A stretch of 64,000 bases of DNA from an uncultured bacterium (GCA_938004065.1 CALKWM010000013.1:2457-66456); one strand, 5' to 3'; shown: positions 29,898 to 41,300, counted from the stretch's first letter. Notes: a model not told the origin generated them from the sequence alone. Program-made: numbers and translations.

Positions 29898-30989
29898 ATG
29901 GTGTTGATATTGGGAATTGAAACTAGTTGCGATGAGACGGGAATTGCCATCGTGGAAGATGGGAGTAGGATTGTGTCCGAAAAATTAAAAAGCTCGGTTG
30001 ATTTGCAGGCGGAATACGGGGGGGTGGTACCGGAATTGGCTAGTCGGGTACATGTGGAGTATGTAAATATTTTGATAAAAGAGGCATTGGATGAGGCCGG
30101 TTTAACCATGACGGAAATTGATGCGGTGGCGGTGGCCAATGGTCCGGGATTGGTGGGAGCTTTGTTAGTGGGAACAATGGTGGCCAAGACGATCGGATTG
30201 GTGGAGAAAAAAAAGTTGATAGCGGTAAATCATCTGGAAGGACATATTTTCTCATCTTTTTTATCATTAGAAAAAAAAGATGAAAAGTTACAAGTATCAA
30301 GAATCAAGGATCAAGTTCTAAGTGAAGAAAAAAACAAGAAAATGATTTTTCCGATGGTGGTTTTGATAGTTAGTGGAGGACATACGGAATTGGTGTTGAT
30401 GGAAGATTATGGAGTGTATAAAATCTTGGGTAGTACGATTGATGATGCGGCCGGCGAAGCGTTTGACAAAGCGGCGAAAATTTTGGGATTGCCATATCCG
30501 GGAGGGCCGAGCATTGCACAGAGTGCTGTGCAAGTATCAAGTATCAAGGATCAAGGATCAAGTAATGAGGAGATAAATTTACCGAGGCCGATGTTGAATT
30601 CGAAAGATTATAATTTTTCTTTTTCGGGGTTGAAAACGGCGCTGTTATACAAAATTACTAATGATAAATTACAAATTACTAATGAAAAGATAAGAAATAT
30701 GTTGGCGTGGGAATTTCAGGAGGCGGTGTGCGATGTATTGGCCAAAAAAACCAAGCGGGCGATGGAAGATTTGGGAGTGAAAAGATTGGCGGTGGTGGGC
30801 GGGGTGGCGGCCAATCAAAGATTGCGGGAGAAATTGCATGAGACAATTGATGATGAGATTGCGATTCCGGAGTTTAAATATTGTACTGACAATGGGGTAA
30901 AAATTGCCACAGCAGGGTATTATAAGTATAGAGTTGGTAATTTTATCGATTGGCAGGATTTGGAGGTAAAGAGTAATTGGAGTTTGTAA
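29898..30989 (+). CDS. tsaD: tRNA N6-adenosine threonylcarbamoyltransferase TsaD (Kae1/YgjD), carrying two in-frame heptamer-repeat insertions.
   Basis: MVLILGIETSCDETGIAIV, HLEGHIFS, SGGHTEL and GVAANQRLRE motifs. The inserted segments encode EKLQVSRIKDQVLSEE and VQVSSIKDQGSS and are written in CAAGTAT/CAAGGAT heptamers. Confidence 0.9.
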   Translation: MVLILGIETSCDETGIAIVEDGSRIVSEKLKSSVDLQAEYGGVVPELASRVHVEYVNILIKEALDEAGLTMTEIDAVAVANGPGLVGALLVGTMVAKTIGLVEKKKLIAVNHLEGHIFSSFLSLEKKDEKLQVSRIKDQVLSEEKNKKMIFPMVVLIVSGGHTELVLMEDYGVYKILGSTIDDAAGEAFDKAAKILGLPYPGGPSIAQSAVQVSSIKDQGSSNEEINLPRPMLNSKDYNFSFSGLKTALLYKITNDKLQITNEKIRNMLAWEFQEAVCDVLAKKTKRAMEDLGVKRLAVVGGVAANQRLREKLHETIDDEIAIPEFKYCTDNGVKIATAGYYKYRVGNFIDWQDLEVKSNWSL

Positions 30990-31209
30990 AAATTACTAAT
31001 TGCGAATTACTAATGACAAATTTTAAATGGATAAATGGCCCAATAGTTAAATAGTTGGATAGTGCTAGAGTACTTTTTATAACTTATTAATTGTCAAATA
31101 TTAGATAGATCGAAAAGAAATTGATTAGAAATTTGAAATTAAAAATTATGACTTGGAGCTTTTTTTGAGAGTATAAATATTTTTAGCTAAATGTAAAAAA
31201 GGTTGAAAA

Positions 31210-33924
31210 ATGGACGATGATAAAAACATATCAATGGACAAGGCGTATGAGTCAAAAAAATTTGAAAAAGATATTTATCAAATGTGGGAAGAGGGCGGAT
31301 TTTTTGAAGCCAAGGTAGATAAAAATAGAAAACCTTATGTGATATCAATGCCACCGCCAAATGCTACCGGAGTGTTGCATCTGGGACATGTGGTATTTAT
31401 CTCAGTATCTGATTCGATAGTTCGGTATCAGCGGATGAAAGGAAAAAATGTTTTATGGTTGCCGGGAACTGATCATGCGGCGATTGCGACGCAAACAAAA
31501 GTTGAAAAGATAGTAGCCAAGCAAGAAGGAAAAACGAGACATGATTATGGTAGAGAAAAATTTGTGGAAAAAGTGAAAGATTTTGTCGAGAATTCCAGGA
31601 GCACTATTCGTGAACAACTGAGGAGAACCGGTGCCAGTTGCGACTGGAAGCATGAGGCCTATACTTTCTCGGAAGAATTGTCGACTGCGGTAAATACGGC
31701 ATTTGAAAAGATGTATCATGATGGTTTGATTTATCGAGGAAATCGAATTGTAAATTGGTGTCCGAGATGTCATTCCACATTGGCTGATGATGAGATAGAA
31801 TACAAAGAACAAAAAGCGGTGTTGTACACATTTAGATATGCATCGGATTTTCCCTTTGAGATAGCAACTACCCGTCCGGAAACGAAACTCGGGGATACGG
31901 CGGTGGCGGTTAATCCTGATGATGTTCGTTATCAAAAATATATCGGTCAAGAATTTGAAGTTGATTTTTGTGGACAAAAATTAAGACTAAAAGTGATTGC
32001 CGATCTGGAAGTTGATATGGATTTTGGAACTGGTGCTTTGGGTGTTACTCCGGCGCATAGTTATGTCGATTTTGATATGGCGCAAAAAAACAATTTGCCG
32101 GTGATCAAGGTGATTGATGAAGATGGCAAAATGAATGAAAATGCGGGTGAATTTGCCGGTATGACTGTTTTGGAAGCGAGAGACAAGGTGGTGGAATGTT
32201 TGAAAGAAAGTGGTTTAATGATAAGTCAAGTGGAAATTGATAATAATTTGTCTGTTTGTTACCGGTGCGAAACGTCGATTGAACCGCTGACGAGCGAGCA
32301 GTGGTTTGTCGATGTTAACAAAAAAATTACCGGATGGAAAACAGACCGGATCAAAGGGTTGGTGGAGGGAGAGAAGTATTCTTTGAAAGATGTCTCGAGG
32401 ATGGTGGTAAAATCAAAACAAATCAGATTGTTGCCGGATAGATTTGAAAAAGTGTATTTCGGTTGGATGGACAATTTGCGGGACTGGTGTGTTTCCAGAC
32501 AGATTTGGTGGGGACACCGTATTCCTGTTTTTTATCGAAAACTTAAATCAACTAGCGAGTATCAACTAGAGAGCATCAAGGAAAATGATATTTATGTCGG
32601 GACAAATCCTTCCGGGGAGGGGTGGGTGCAAGATGAGGATACATTGGATACCTGGTTTTCTTCCGGTCTATGGACTTTTTCTTCACTGGGCTGGCCAAAA
32701 CAAACACCGGATTTGAAGTATTTTCATCCGACGGATTTGATGGTAACCGGTCGGGAAATTATCTTTCAATGGGTGGCCAGGATGATTTTGATGTCAACTT
32801 ATTTGGTGGGTGAAATTCCGTTTCGAGATGTTTATCTGACTGGTATTTTGTATGACAAAGATGGGAACAAGATGAGTAAATCGCTGGGAAATGCAATTGA
32901 TCCTTTGGAGATGATTGATCAGTATGGCACTGATGCTTTGAGGTTGTCGGTGATCGGAGGCATTGCTCCCGGGGTTGATTTCAGATTTCACCATGAGAAA
33001 ATTGTCGGGCAGAGAAATTTTGTCAATAAATTGTGGAATGTAAGTCGGTTTATTATCGCCAATTTGGACGCAAGTGTTGGCAGAGAAAAAATTGTTAGGA
33101 AAAATATCGAAGAAATCGATTTGCGAGATGAAGACAAATGGATTTTGTCGAGACTCAGTAAAGTTGCAAAAAGTGTATCCAAATATTTGGATGAATACAA
33201 ATTGAGTTTGGCGATAGAGAGTCTGCATGAATTTATCTGGAGTGATCTGGCTGATTGGTATGTGGAGATGGTAAAAGGTGATTTAAATAGTGAAAATAAA
33301 CAGCGGAAAATTGATGTGCAAAAAATTTTGAGTTTTGTTTTGACTAACACTTTAAAATTGATGCATCCGTTTGCACCGTTTGTGACGGAAGTTATCTGGA
33401 ATAATTTATCAAAAGATGGCTGGGGTAAGTTGATTGTGGCAACTTGGCCGGATGATTTGGATTTTGTCGATGACGTGGCGGAAGAGAAAATAAAGAATAT
33501 TCAAGAAATGGTGGTGGGGGTGAGAAACTTAATTGCGGATTTTGGGATGGCAAATGAAAAAAATATGAAAGTATTTTTGAAATTCGGTACCAATGTTGAT
33601 GCCGAGATAGTCGGTAACCAGATTGTTAAATTGGTTAAAAATATTTCAGAATATGAGGTTGTTGACGAGATAGGTGATGAATTGGTAAGTGGAATATATA
33701 AAATCGGGTCGGCAGGGTTGGAAATAAGTCAGGAGGTAAAAGAAGCACAGAGAAAGAGGGTTCTGGAAGAGGTGGAAAAATTAACCAATTATGCACAGAT
33801 GTTGGGGAAAAAATTGGCCAATGAAAATTATGTCAAAAACGCTCCTGGCGAAGTGGTGGAGAAAGATCGGAAAACCTTGGCGGAAATTGAGGAGAAGCTG
33901 GGGGAATTAATAAGTAATAAGTAA
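31210..33924 (+). CDS. valS: Valine--tRNA ligase.
   Basis: MPPPNATGVLHLGH (HIGH) and KMSKS motifs, an editing domain, and a C-terminal coiled coil; 904 aa. Confidence 0.9.
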   Translation: MDDDKNISMDKAYESKKFEKDIYQMWEEGGFFEAKVDKNRKPYVISMPPPNATGVLHLGHVVFISVSDSIVRYQRMKGKNVLWLPGTDHAAIATQTKVEKIVAKQEGKTRHDYGREKFVEKVKDFVENSRSTIREQLRRTGASCDWKHEAYTFSEELSTAVNTAFEKMYHDGLIYRGNRIVNWCPRCHSTLADDEIEYKEQKAVLYTFRYASDFPFEIATTRPETKLGDTAVAVNPDDVRYQKYIGQEFEVDFCGQKLRLKVIADLEVDMDFGTGALGVTPAHSYVDFDMAQKNNLPVIKVIDEDGKMNENAGEFAGMTVLEARDKVVECLKESGLMISQVEIDNNLSVCYRCETSIEPLTSEQWFVDVNKKITGWKTDRIKGLVEGEKYSLKDVSRMVVKSKQIRLLPDRFEKVYFGWMDNLRDWCVSRQIWWGHRIPVFYRKLKSTSEYQLESIKENDIYVGTNPSGEGWVQDEDTLDTWFSSGLWTFSSLGWPKQTPDLKYFHPTDLMVTGREIIFQWVARMILMSTYLVGEIPFRDVYLTGILYDKDGNKMSKSLGNAIDPLEMIDQYGTDALRLSVIGGIAPGVDFRFHHEKIVGQRNFVNKLWNVSRFIIANLDASVGREKIVRKNIEEIDLRDEDKWILSRLSKVAKSVSKYLDEYKLSLAIESLHEFIWSDLADWYVEMVKGDLNSENKQRKIDVQKILSFVLTNTLKLMHPFAPFVTEVIWNNLSKDGWGKLIVATWPDDLDFVDDVAEEKIKNIQEMVVGVRNLIADFGMANEKNMKVFLKFGTNVDAEIVGNQIVKLVKNISEYEVVDEIGDELVSGIYKIGSAGLEISQEVKEAQRKRVLEEVEKLTNYAQMLGKKLANENYVKNAPGEVVEKDRKTLAEIEEKLGELISNK

Positions 33925-33958
33925 CAGGTTAAATGGTGTTGTAATATGGATATGATTT

Positions 33959-33996
33959 GGAGCAGACTGATTTTGGTCTGCTCCTAACTTTTTTAT
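33959..33996 (+). terminator. Rho-independent terminator of valS.
   Basis: GGAGCAGAC-tgattttg-GTCTGCTCC followed by TAACTTTTTTATTTT. Confidence 0.6.
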
Positions 33997-34475
33997 TTTA
34001 TAAATTCTATTTCCATTTCCATGACCCCGAGTTGTGTGCAGAGGTCATGGTTTTCCGGGCCTCCCATAAATATATCCACTCGATCACCCGAGATATAATC
34101 CGGATTTCCCGTGTCTTCAAATGTGAAGACTTTTTGGGATCCGTCGGTGTGATATTGCAGATATTCCATACCGGATGGAACGGAAACAAATATGGCTTTT
34201 TTACCGAGCCATTTTTTGTCTCCGGCCAAAGTCTGGCCGGCCACCGGTACGGTTTGAGAGGCGGTTAACCCGATTTCGGACCAACTACCGCAACAAATCG
34301 GACAGGAACAATAAAAAGTAACCGTTACTTTTTTGGTTGTTGCTTCCGATTGGCAGTTGGTGGTAGTCGGGATGGTTTTGCTGGCAAGAGAATGTTTGGT
34401 AACATTTTCATGCGGCAAATCCATACCGGAAAAAAGAAATAGAATTATTAATACAATTTGTGGCATATTTGCCAC
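33993..34475 (-). CDS. 3D-domain protein (MltA/YuiC/YocH-like cell-wall hydrolase fold) with a signal peptide.
   Basis: TVTFYCSCPICCG...VPVAGQTLAGDKK...FEDTGNPDYISGDRVDIFMG matches the 3D domain with its conserved Asp residues. Confidence 0.5.
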   Translation of the reverse strand: MANMPQIVLIILFLFSGMDLPHENVTKHSLASKTIPTTTNCQSEATTKKVTVTFYCSCPICCGSWSEIGLTASQTVPVAGQTLAGDKKWLGKKAIFVSVPSGMEYLQYHTDGSQKVFTFEDTGNPDYISGDRVDIFMGGPENHDLCTQLGVMEMEIEFIK

Positions 34476-34612
34476 CTCCTAAAAAATTTTGCCCCGATTA
34501 AATATAAAAGTATAATAAAGATATAAATATCGAGGCATTTTTTTTAAGAGCATCTTCACATGAAATTGTAGGTTTATATTATCATAATAATTAATAATAG
34601 TCAAGGAAAATT

Positions 34613-35533
34613 TTGAATAAAATTGTCAAAAATTTGTTAATGGGGTTGTTGATATTCGTACTGGTTGTGGCAGGCGGTTTGCTGGGGTGGTATTATTCCA
34701 AATCATGGCGGGGGCAAAAATCAGCTCTATATCTCGAGAAATCGGAGCAATATATCGAACAAAAAAGTAGTAATGCTTTGTGGGAATTGGAGAAGGCGTA
34801 TTTGATGGGGATGAATTATGGTGATTATCAAATAAAAAAGGCCTTGGCTCTACTAAAGTTAAATGATGAACGAGCAATCGCACAAGCCAAATTGACGATC
34901 GACAGAGGGTGGGTTAGTGATGATTTGTATTTTTGGTATGGCAAAAGGTTATTTGAAATTGGAGATTATGTAAATGCGGAAAAGCAGTTTTTGAAGATTT
35001 CGGATGATTTGGACGAAAGTAATATCGATGAGTATTATGAGTATATGGCATTTTTGGCCGGTAGCCATGGGAATTTTTCTCAAGCGGTGGAGTTTTTGGA
35101 TAAGTCGTTGGTAAGTGAAAATGAGTTGGCAAATAATATGAAGATATTTTTGGATGCGGTAAATGATAATTGGACAGAGATTGATAAGCTGGAGCTTGCG
35201 GATGAGATGAAGAAAAATTTGGATGAACTGGAAAAAATGAATGGGGATTTGTATGTTTTAAAGTTGGCGGACGTGGCTAATGATATGGGTTTGTCGAGCT
35301 GGTGCCGGGCTTTGATCGATGGTCAACAGTGGAAGGGGGTAAACAATAAATATATCTATCTGGTTTATGCTCGATCGTATTTGGTAGAAAATGATTGTGG
35401 AAATGCATGGGAATATCTAAAAAACGTGGAGGAAGACGATAGTATCGATGAAGATTTGCATATCTTGTTGGCGCAAACGTATAAATGTTTGGGAAATGTG
35501 GAGTGGATGGAATGGGAAGAGGGTAAGCAATAA
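34613..35533 (+). CDS. Hypothetical N-terminally membrane-anchored protein (helical/TPR-like); the gene ends inside a CAATAAG array.
   Basis: N-terminal TM LLMGLLIFVLVVAGGLLGWYY. The stop codon lies inside the heptamer array (..EGKQ*). Confidence 0.45.
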   Translation: MNKIVKNLLMGLLIFVLVVAGGLLGWYYSKSWRGQKSALYLEKSEQYIEQKSSNALWELEKAYLMGMNYGDYQIKKALALLKLNDERAIAQAKLTIDRGWVSDDLYFWYGKRLFEIGDYVNAEKQFLKISDDLDESNIDEYYEYMAFLAGSHGNFSQAVEFLDKSLVSENELANNMKIFLDAVNDNWTEIDKLELADEMKKNLDELEKMNGDLYVLKLADVANDMGLSSWCRALIDGQQWKGVNNKYIYLVYARSYLVENDCGNAWEYLKNVEEDDSIDEDLHILLAQTYKCLGNVEWMEWEEGKQ

Positions 35534-35583
35534 GCAATAAGCAATAAGCAATAAGCAATAAGCAATAAGCAATAAGCAATAAG
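35523..35583. repeat. (CAATAAG)n heptamer array, ~8.5 units.
   Basis: Perfect tandem CAATAAG units in the convergent intergenic space between the 34613 gene and the PilB-like gene. Confidence 0.95.
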
Positions 35584-35687
35584 GGTTATGGAGGTGAGGG
35601 GAGAAATGGATAATAAATATATGTAAGTAAATCAAGAAAAAACGCCATAGGTGGCGTTTTGGTTTGAAAATTATTTGATATATCCTC

Positions 35688-37457
35688 TTACTCTTTGGTG
35701 GCGGACCAAACTTCGGGCATGGTGGTGTGTCCTTGGATAACTTTCATCAGGCCATCTTGTTCCATGGTAGTCATACCATCTTCGAGAGCGGCTTTTTGTA
35801 GCGAGGAAAGGGAGAGTGATCTTAAAACCACTTCTTCAATGCGAGGAGTAACGACAAATGTTTCGATGATAGCGATTCGGCCGGAAAATCCGGTATTGTT
35901 GCATTTGATGCATCCTTTGCCTCTTTTTAATATTTTTGGGACTTCATTTATACCTCGACGTTTGGTGTCGGGGATTTTTTGAAAAATATTGACCATTTCC
36001 TGGTGTATGAGCGAGTCTATCTCGTATTCTTCCTGGCAGTTTTGACATATTCTACGAACAAGTCTTTGAGCGATGATCAGATTGATTGAGCTTATGATGA
36101 GGTATGGTTTGACACCCATTTCAATCAAACGGGGAATGGCACCGGCGGCGTTGTTGGTGTGGATAGTGGATAGTACCAAATGACCGGTCAGTGATGCTTG
36201 AGTGGCGATTTCGGCGGTTTCCGGATCACGGATTTCACCGACTAGAACGATATCCGGATCTTGACGAAGGATAGAGCGTAAGCCGGAGGCGAATCCATAG
36301 TTTTTTTCGTGATGAACTTGGCTTTGGGAGATGCCACTAATTCGATACTCGACCGGATCTTCGAGGGTGATGATTTTATCTTCGGGATTGTTTAATTCTT
36401 GTAAAATTGCGTAGAGAGTGGTGGTTTTACCGGAACCGGTAGGACCGGTGTTTAGTATCAGACCATTGGGTTTGTGGATAGCGTTGTTGATAACCAGATC
36501 GATATCTTCGGGAAAACCAAGTTCTTTTAGACTGACGAATTTTTCTTTTTGTTCCAACATACGCATTACGGTGGATTCACCGTAGATGGTGGGCAGGATA
36601 GAAACACGAATGTCAAATTTGGAGTTGGCGGCGGTAATTGAGAAACGTCCGTCTTGCGGGATATCAGTTATATCCAGTTTTAATTTGGATAGATATTTCA
36701 AGCGAGACATCAGAGGTTTGAAGGCCACTTTGTCCAGATAGGCAATATCTTGCAGTACACCATCCATACGATAGCGCAAACGAATTTGGGTTTCGGTGGG
36801 TTCGATATGGATGTCCGATGCGCCGATTTTGACCGCACCGGTCATAACAACATCAACCAGTTCGGTGGTTGAGACGGTTTTGATTCGTTCTTTGAGTTCA
36901 GATAAACTTGATATTTGTTCTTCAAATTTGGATTCATCTTCCTCGGTAACCATGATTTTTTCGGTTTCTCGTTTATCGGGGGAAACCAATTCATAGAGCT
37001 TGAGGGCAAAATCAATACTCGATTCGGAAGTGATACTGACCAAAAACTCAAATCCGGAGGCGTCTTGAAGTTTTTTTAGAACCTCCATGGTGGCTTGGTT
37101 GTATTCGGTGCTGGCAATACGAATTTTTTTTCCGGCTTTGAGATAGGGAACAACACGGTATTTTTGAGCGATGTCTTTGGGAATTATTTCCATCACTTCC
37201 GGACTGATGGGGTAGTTGAGTAGATTGACATACGGCAAATTGGCTTGTTTGGCTTTTTGCTGGACAAATTTTTCCTCTTCTTCTTGTTGGAAAGATTTGA
37301 TGACACTCGATACTTTGGTGGCTTTACCTCTGCCCAAGTCTTTGGCTTTTTGCTGAGTGGACATGACTTGTTTTGATGCTTCGATTTCTTCGCGCATTTT
37401 TTGCTGAAGCCGTTGAGGAGTATCACCTTGGGTTATTTGTTGTTTGTCGTCAGGCAT
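35688..37457 (-). CDS. Type IV pilus assembly / type II secretion ATPase (PilB/GspE family).
   Basis: N-terminal GspE_N-like domain. Walker A LNTGPTGSGKTTTL, Asp and His boxes, and a tetracysteine motif CQNCQ...CIKC. The start was set at MPDDKQQ (37457) because the track start 37505 runs into the repeat array. Confidence 0.85.
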   Translation of the reverse strand: MPDDKQQITQGDTPQRLQQKMREEIEASKQVMSTQQKAKDLGRGKATKVSSVIKSFQQEEEEKFVQQKAKQANLPYVNLLNYPISPEVMEIIPKDIAQKYRVVPYLKAGKKIRIASTEYNQATMEVLKKLQDASGFEFLVSITSESSIDFALKLYELVSPDKRETEKIMVTEEDESKFEEQISSLSELKERIKTVSTTELVDVVMTGAVKIGASDIHIEPTETQIRLRYRMDGVLQDIAYLDKVAFKPLMSRLKYLSKLKLDITDIPQDGRFSITAANSKFDIRVSILPTIYGESTVMRMLEQKEKFVSLKELGFPEDIDLVINNAIHKPNGLILNTGPTGSGKTTTLYAILQELNNPEDKIITLEDPVEYRISGISQSQVHHEKNYGFASGLRSILRQDPDIVLVGEIRDPETAEIATQASLTGHLVLSTIHTNNAAGAIPRLIEMGVKPYLIISSINLIIAQRLVRRICQNCQEEYEIDSLIHQEMVNIFQKIPDTKRRGINEVPKILKRGKGCIKCNNTGFSGRIAIIETFVVTPRIEEVVLRSLSLSSLQKAALEDGMTTMEQDGLMKVIQGHTTMPEVWSATKE

Positions 37458-37493
37458 GGTGAGAAGTAAGAAATAAGAAGTAAGAAGTAAGAA

Positions 37494-37531
37494 GTATGCG
37501 CCCAAGGCGCACCAGATGACTGGAAAAGTAA
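37494..37531 (+). promoter_or_regulatory. 38-bp double-dyad element, copy 3, flanked on both sides by AAGTAAG repeats, 36 nt upstream of the PilB-like ATG.
   Basis: Exact 38-mer GTATGCGCCCAAGGCGCACCAGATGACTGGAAAAGTAA. Confidence 0.6.
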
Positions 37532-37716
37532 AAAGTAAAAAGTAAGAAATGAAATCTATTATTAGAAAATTGTTGGGTTGTTATTTATTTTTTTTAAAAT
37601 CGTATTATTGTATCACATATGGTAAAAATATGCAAGGTTTTTATGATTGGGAAAATCTGTACTCGAAGAGTATTTATGAGAGTGTGTTTTGGTTATTTTG
37701 TAACTAAAAATACTTA

Positions 37717-38322
37717 TCAAACCATGATTTGTATGGAAGCGGCTAAGGGTGTGTTGTTTTCTAAATCGTTGTCTGAGTAATCCGAGTAAATAAAGACCAT
37801 GTTTCCCACCAGGAGAGTTTCATATGTAATTTGTTGATTGGTGGGGTTTAGGTAAACGGTTTTTTTGTCGATTAAAAAATCAAATGAATTGTCTTGGGAA
37901 AGAATAGTTATTTTTTCCGGTGAAAGATGACTAATAATACCATTTATTGAATTTGGGGGCATAAGGACGACGTGGTAATTTTGATTTTCTGTTAACAAGA
38001 CTATGTGATCGGAGGTTTTTAAATCAGAAATAGTGATTGCTGTGTTGTCGTGAGTGTATGGATCGAATTTATCAATGTTGGTTATGCGATTGGTGTCGAT
38101 AGAGATGGATTCAAATTGGTTGGTGTAGAGCGATATTTGTTCGGGTTCAAGGGAAAAAATTTTGGCAAATGCTTTGTAGTCATTGGGGAGGGTATTGTTG
38201 GCTATTAATTTGGGATAGAAATAGATATTATGATAACTAACGATGAGGATGATAGTGGCAATGATGCAGGAAATAAAACAAAGGATTGTAAGACGTATTA
38301 TTTGTGATTCTTTTGAAAGCAT
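37717..38322 (-). CDS. Hypothetical membrane-anchored protein.
   Basis: The start MLSKESQ (38322) is followed by a TM segment LTILCFISCIIATIILIV. It lies 11 nt downstream of the giant gene's stop. Confidence 0.4.
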   Translation of the reverse strand: MLSKESQIIRLTILCFISCIIATIILIVSYHNIYFYPKLIANNTLPNDYKAFAKIFSLEPEQISLYTNQFESISIDTNRITNIDKFDPYTHDNTAITISDLKTSDHIVLLTENQNYHVVLMPPNSINGIISHLSPEKITILSQDNSFDFLIDKKTVYLNPTNQQITYETLLVGNMVFIYSDYSDNDLENNTPLAASIQIMV

Positions 38323-38333
38323 GGAAAAAATTT

Positions 38334-41300
38334 TTAGAAGCCAATATGGACAGCATCTTCGCAGTTTGTTAGAAAAGGGTTTTGTCGGTCTTCGCATTTT
38401 TTGACAAAGATATTCAATACATCAAATCGATCTTCATACCAAACAAAATCGAATTTTTCTTTGGATTTGGGGGCGATTTTATCTTGGATAGTGGAGGCGA
38501 AATCGGAAAATATCTGTAGTGGGTAGTAATTTTTGATATATTCCCTAGGATTGTTCGTCATTTCCGGGTTGTTGATCGGGAATCCGTTTTCGTCAGCTGC
38601 TTCAACAATTTCTCCATTTTCGTTTTCCATGATGATATTGTATTTTAGGTGAGCTGTTTTATTGCGATCAAATGTTAAAACCATGTCCAGGAAGTGGATG
38701 ATGTTGTCTTGGGCGATTTTTTTCTTGCATTTGGTAAACACAAAGCCGGCAACGGGGTTATTGACCCAACTGCCAACGAAGCCAATGCCGATATTGGCTA
38801 CATTGAATCCGAGACCCATGTCAAAACTGGCCCCCAGATTTGTTAGTATTGATACATCTGCCTTCAGGAATTCTTTGATTAGATATTGGCTAGCAAACTG
38901 CATGATGGCTTCAGTTGGAAATTCACCATTTAGAATGCTCATGATAGAATTACTCATCAAACCACCCAGGGGACCATCAAGTTTGGAAAGCAGGTGTTTA
39001 TCTAAAAATTTCATCGACGTTTGTTTGATAAATCCGTCAATGTCGCCGTTCATCAGATTTTGGATACCGCCAATATCGAAATAATCGCCAAGTTCGCTTG
39101 ATTCAAGCCATTCGGTTATTTTGTCAGCGACTTTGGGTGAGGATAGGATGGAGTTGGCGATAGCTTGGGGATCGCCGCTAAGGGCGGCGTTGACGATACC
39201 GCCATAATCGCTCATGAAGCTTTGGAATTCTTCTTTGCCGATAGCATCTTGGAAAAAGTTGGCGGTCATGATGGTGCTAACCGCTTTTTGGGGGGTGATA
39301 TCGCCACTGGCGACGAGCCCATAGATACTGGAAATATCACCGAGTGTGCCGGGATCGATGTCTTGCAGTACGTTTTTTTGAATAAAATCCGATTGCAATA
39401 ATTTGGGAATATTTTTTGGGTCAGGTGGTACTCCGAGGGTGTTGGTAAGCTCCTGAACTACGGCTAGTTTTTCCAAGCCCGATTCGGATGTTATCTTGTT
39501 GGCCATGATTTCCATAACTGTGTCGGATGCTTTTTGAGGTGAAAAGTTTTGAACCAAATCTAGTAGTTGCTCCGGTCCGGTACCGATGGCGTCTCTGATT
39601 TCGTTGTTGATGTTAAATTTATCTTGAATGAGAGGAATATCTTCCAGGAGAGCAAAATAGTTGCCACTTTCGATGTCGGAATAGATTTTTAATGGATCAA
39701 CCCCATTGATAGCGATATTGCCATCCGGTCCGATGTTCCAGGTGGAATTATTTGAAAGATTATCAAAAACTCCGTTGTCTTTCAAAAAGCCGGTCATGGA
39801 TTTGATGCCAGTTTCGATGTCGCCGGTTTGCCATGATTTGACGATACCCATGGCGTTAGTCAGTTGAGTTAATTTGTTTTCCAATATTGCCTGGTCGCTA
39901 ACATCGGTAAACATACTGGCGATGTCAATGCCGGTCATACTGGCGGCGATAACTGTAACACCGAGGTTGGATAGATTTTCTTTGGCTTGATTGTCGCTTT
40001 TGCCGATACTATTTAAAGTGTTATAGATTGTTCCACTGCCTCCTAAAAAGGCGTTGTTGTCAAAGGTGGCATAAGTTGAGTCAGGAAGTTGGTAGCTGAA
40101 TTGATGTTTTTCGAGGAATGCGGTTTTTAGCGGGTCTTGGGAGAGAATGTTTTGAATTTGAGAGAAGCCGGAAGTGGTATTGGGTAGAGTCGGAGTGATG
40201 CGATTGTAAATATTTGATGGAAGATTTTGATTTATACCCGGAATTTGTTGGTTGTTGGAAGTAATCGGAGTGATAACAATTGGTTTTTCTTGGGCGTATT
40301 TGATGATATTGGTGGTGGTGCTAAGTAATTTGAAATTACCAGTTTGACTATGATAGTTGTTGTTGCCGCGGATTCCCGGGAGGGCGATTTCGGCGAGATC
40401 TACTTTGGGATAAGCGTAGTAAATCTCTCCGGGTTCAAAGTATTCGGAGTAAGTAGCGTTGATGGGGGATGGAAATGAAGTGCCACCGTAAGAGCTAAAA
40501 TAATCAGGATTTGTAGTGTTTTGGTCAGGAGAAAGTAGAGCGTTGTTTTTTTGTTCAAAGGTGGTAGAGTGGACAATTTCCAGTGAGTTTAAATCAACGT
40601 TCAAGGAACGTAGTACTCCTTGAAATTGAGTATCTGATGCGCCATTTTGGCCGGGTTTGGTGGTGGTATCAATGTAATCAATTTGTGATAACTCATCTTT
40701 TTTTACTCTTTCGGAAAAGGAAATTTTGATTGGCGCTACCAGATAACTGATTTCATTTTTGGCTTTGGCCGAGTCGCTGTTGGGATCGGAGATGGATTGG
40801 TCAATGGTGGATACTATGCGGTCATGAAACTGAGTGATGGGTTCGGAATTACCAAATTTTGTGGAATAATCTTGAGAAAGTTTTTGTAGTTCGGGGGAAT
40901 ATGCGTATGGATTGTAACCATAGCCATATGGTGAATAGTTGTTGAATGCGGGATTGGTGGATTCCGGTAAGTTATTGACAATTTGAATGTAGTCTTGCAG
41001 GTAGGCCAGTTTTTCAATGTCGGTTTTATTTAAATCGATGCCAAATTTATCCAGTTTGATGGAATTGGAAATGGCGGCCATCATGAGTTGCCCAGCTTGA
41101 GCGTTGTCGCCCGAGTAGGCCGGATTGAGACCGTAGTCAACCAGTAATTCCAGAGACTCGGGGGTGAAGTTGATGTTTTTTAAAGCGGCTTGCTCAAAAT
41201 CGATTTTGTTAAGCAGAGTGTTTTTGAAAGTAACAAATGGCATTGAGGTGGGGTTGTCAACGAAGTCTTTGATGAATTGCGCGTCTTCAGTATTGATAGC

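Noticed and set aside
35277-37505. ORF-track N-terminal extensions and ORFs translating as LLTSYFLLLTSYF / LLLIAYCLLLIAYC (e.g. the glmS start at 26851, PilB-like start at 37505, lysin start at 53533, ORFs 35277-35635, 26673-26915, 53380-53724).
   Set aside because: These are translations of the AAGTAAG/CAATAAG heptamer arrays, which lack in-frame stops. True starts follow immediately (MCGI, MPDDKQQ, MSEPTPQ). The 7-aa periodic peptides are artefacts.
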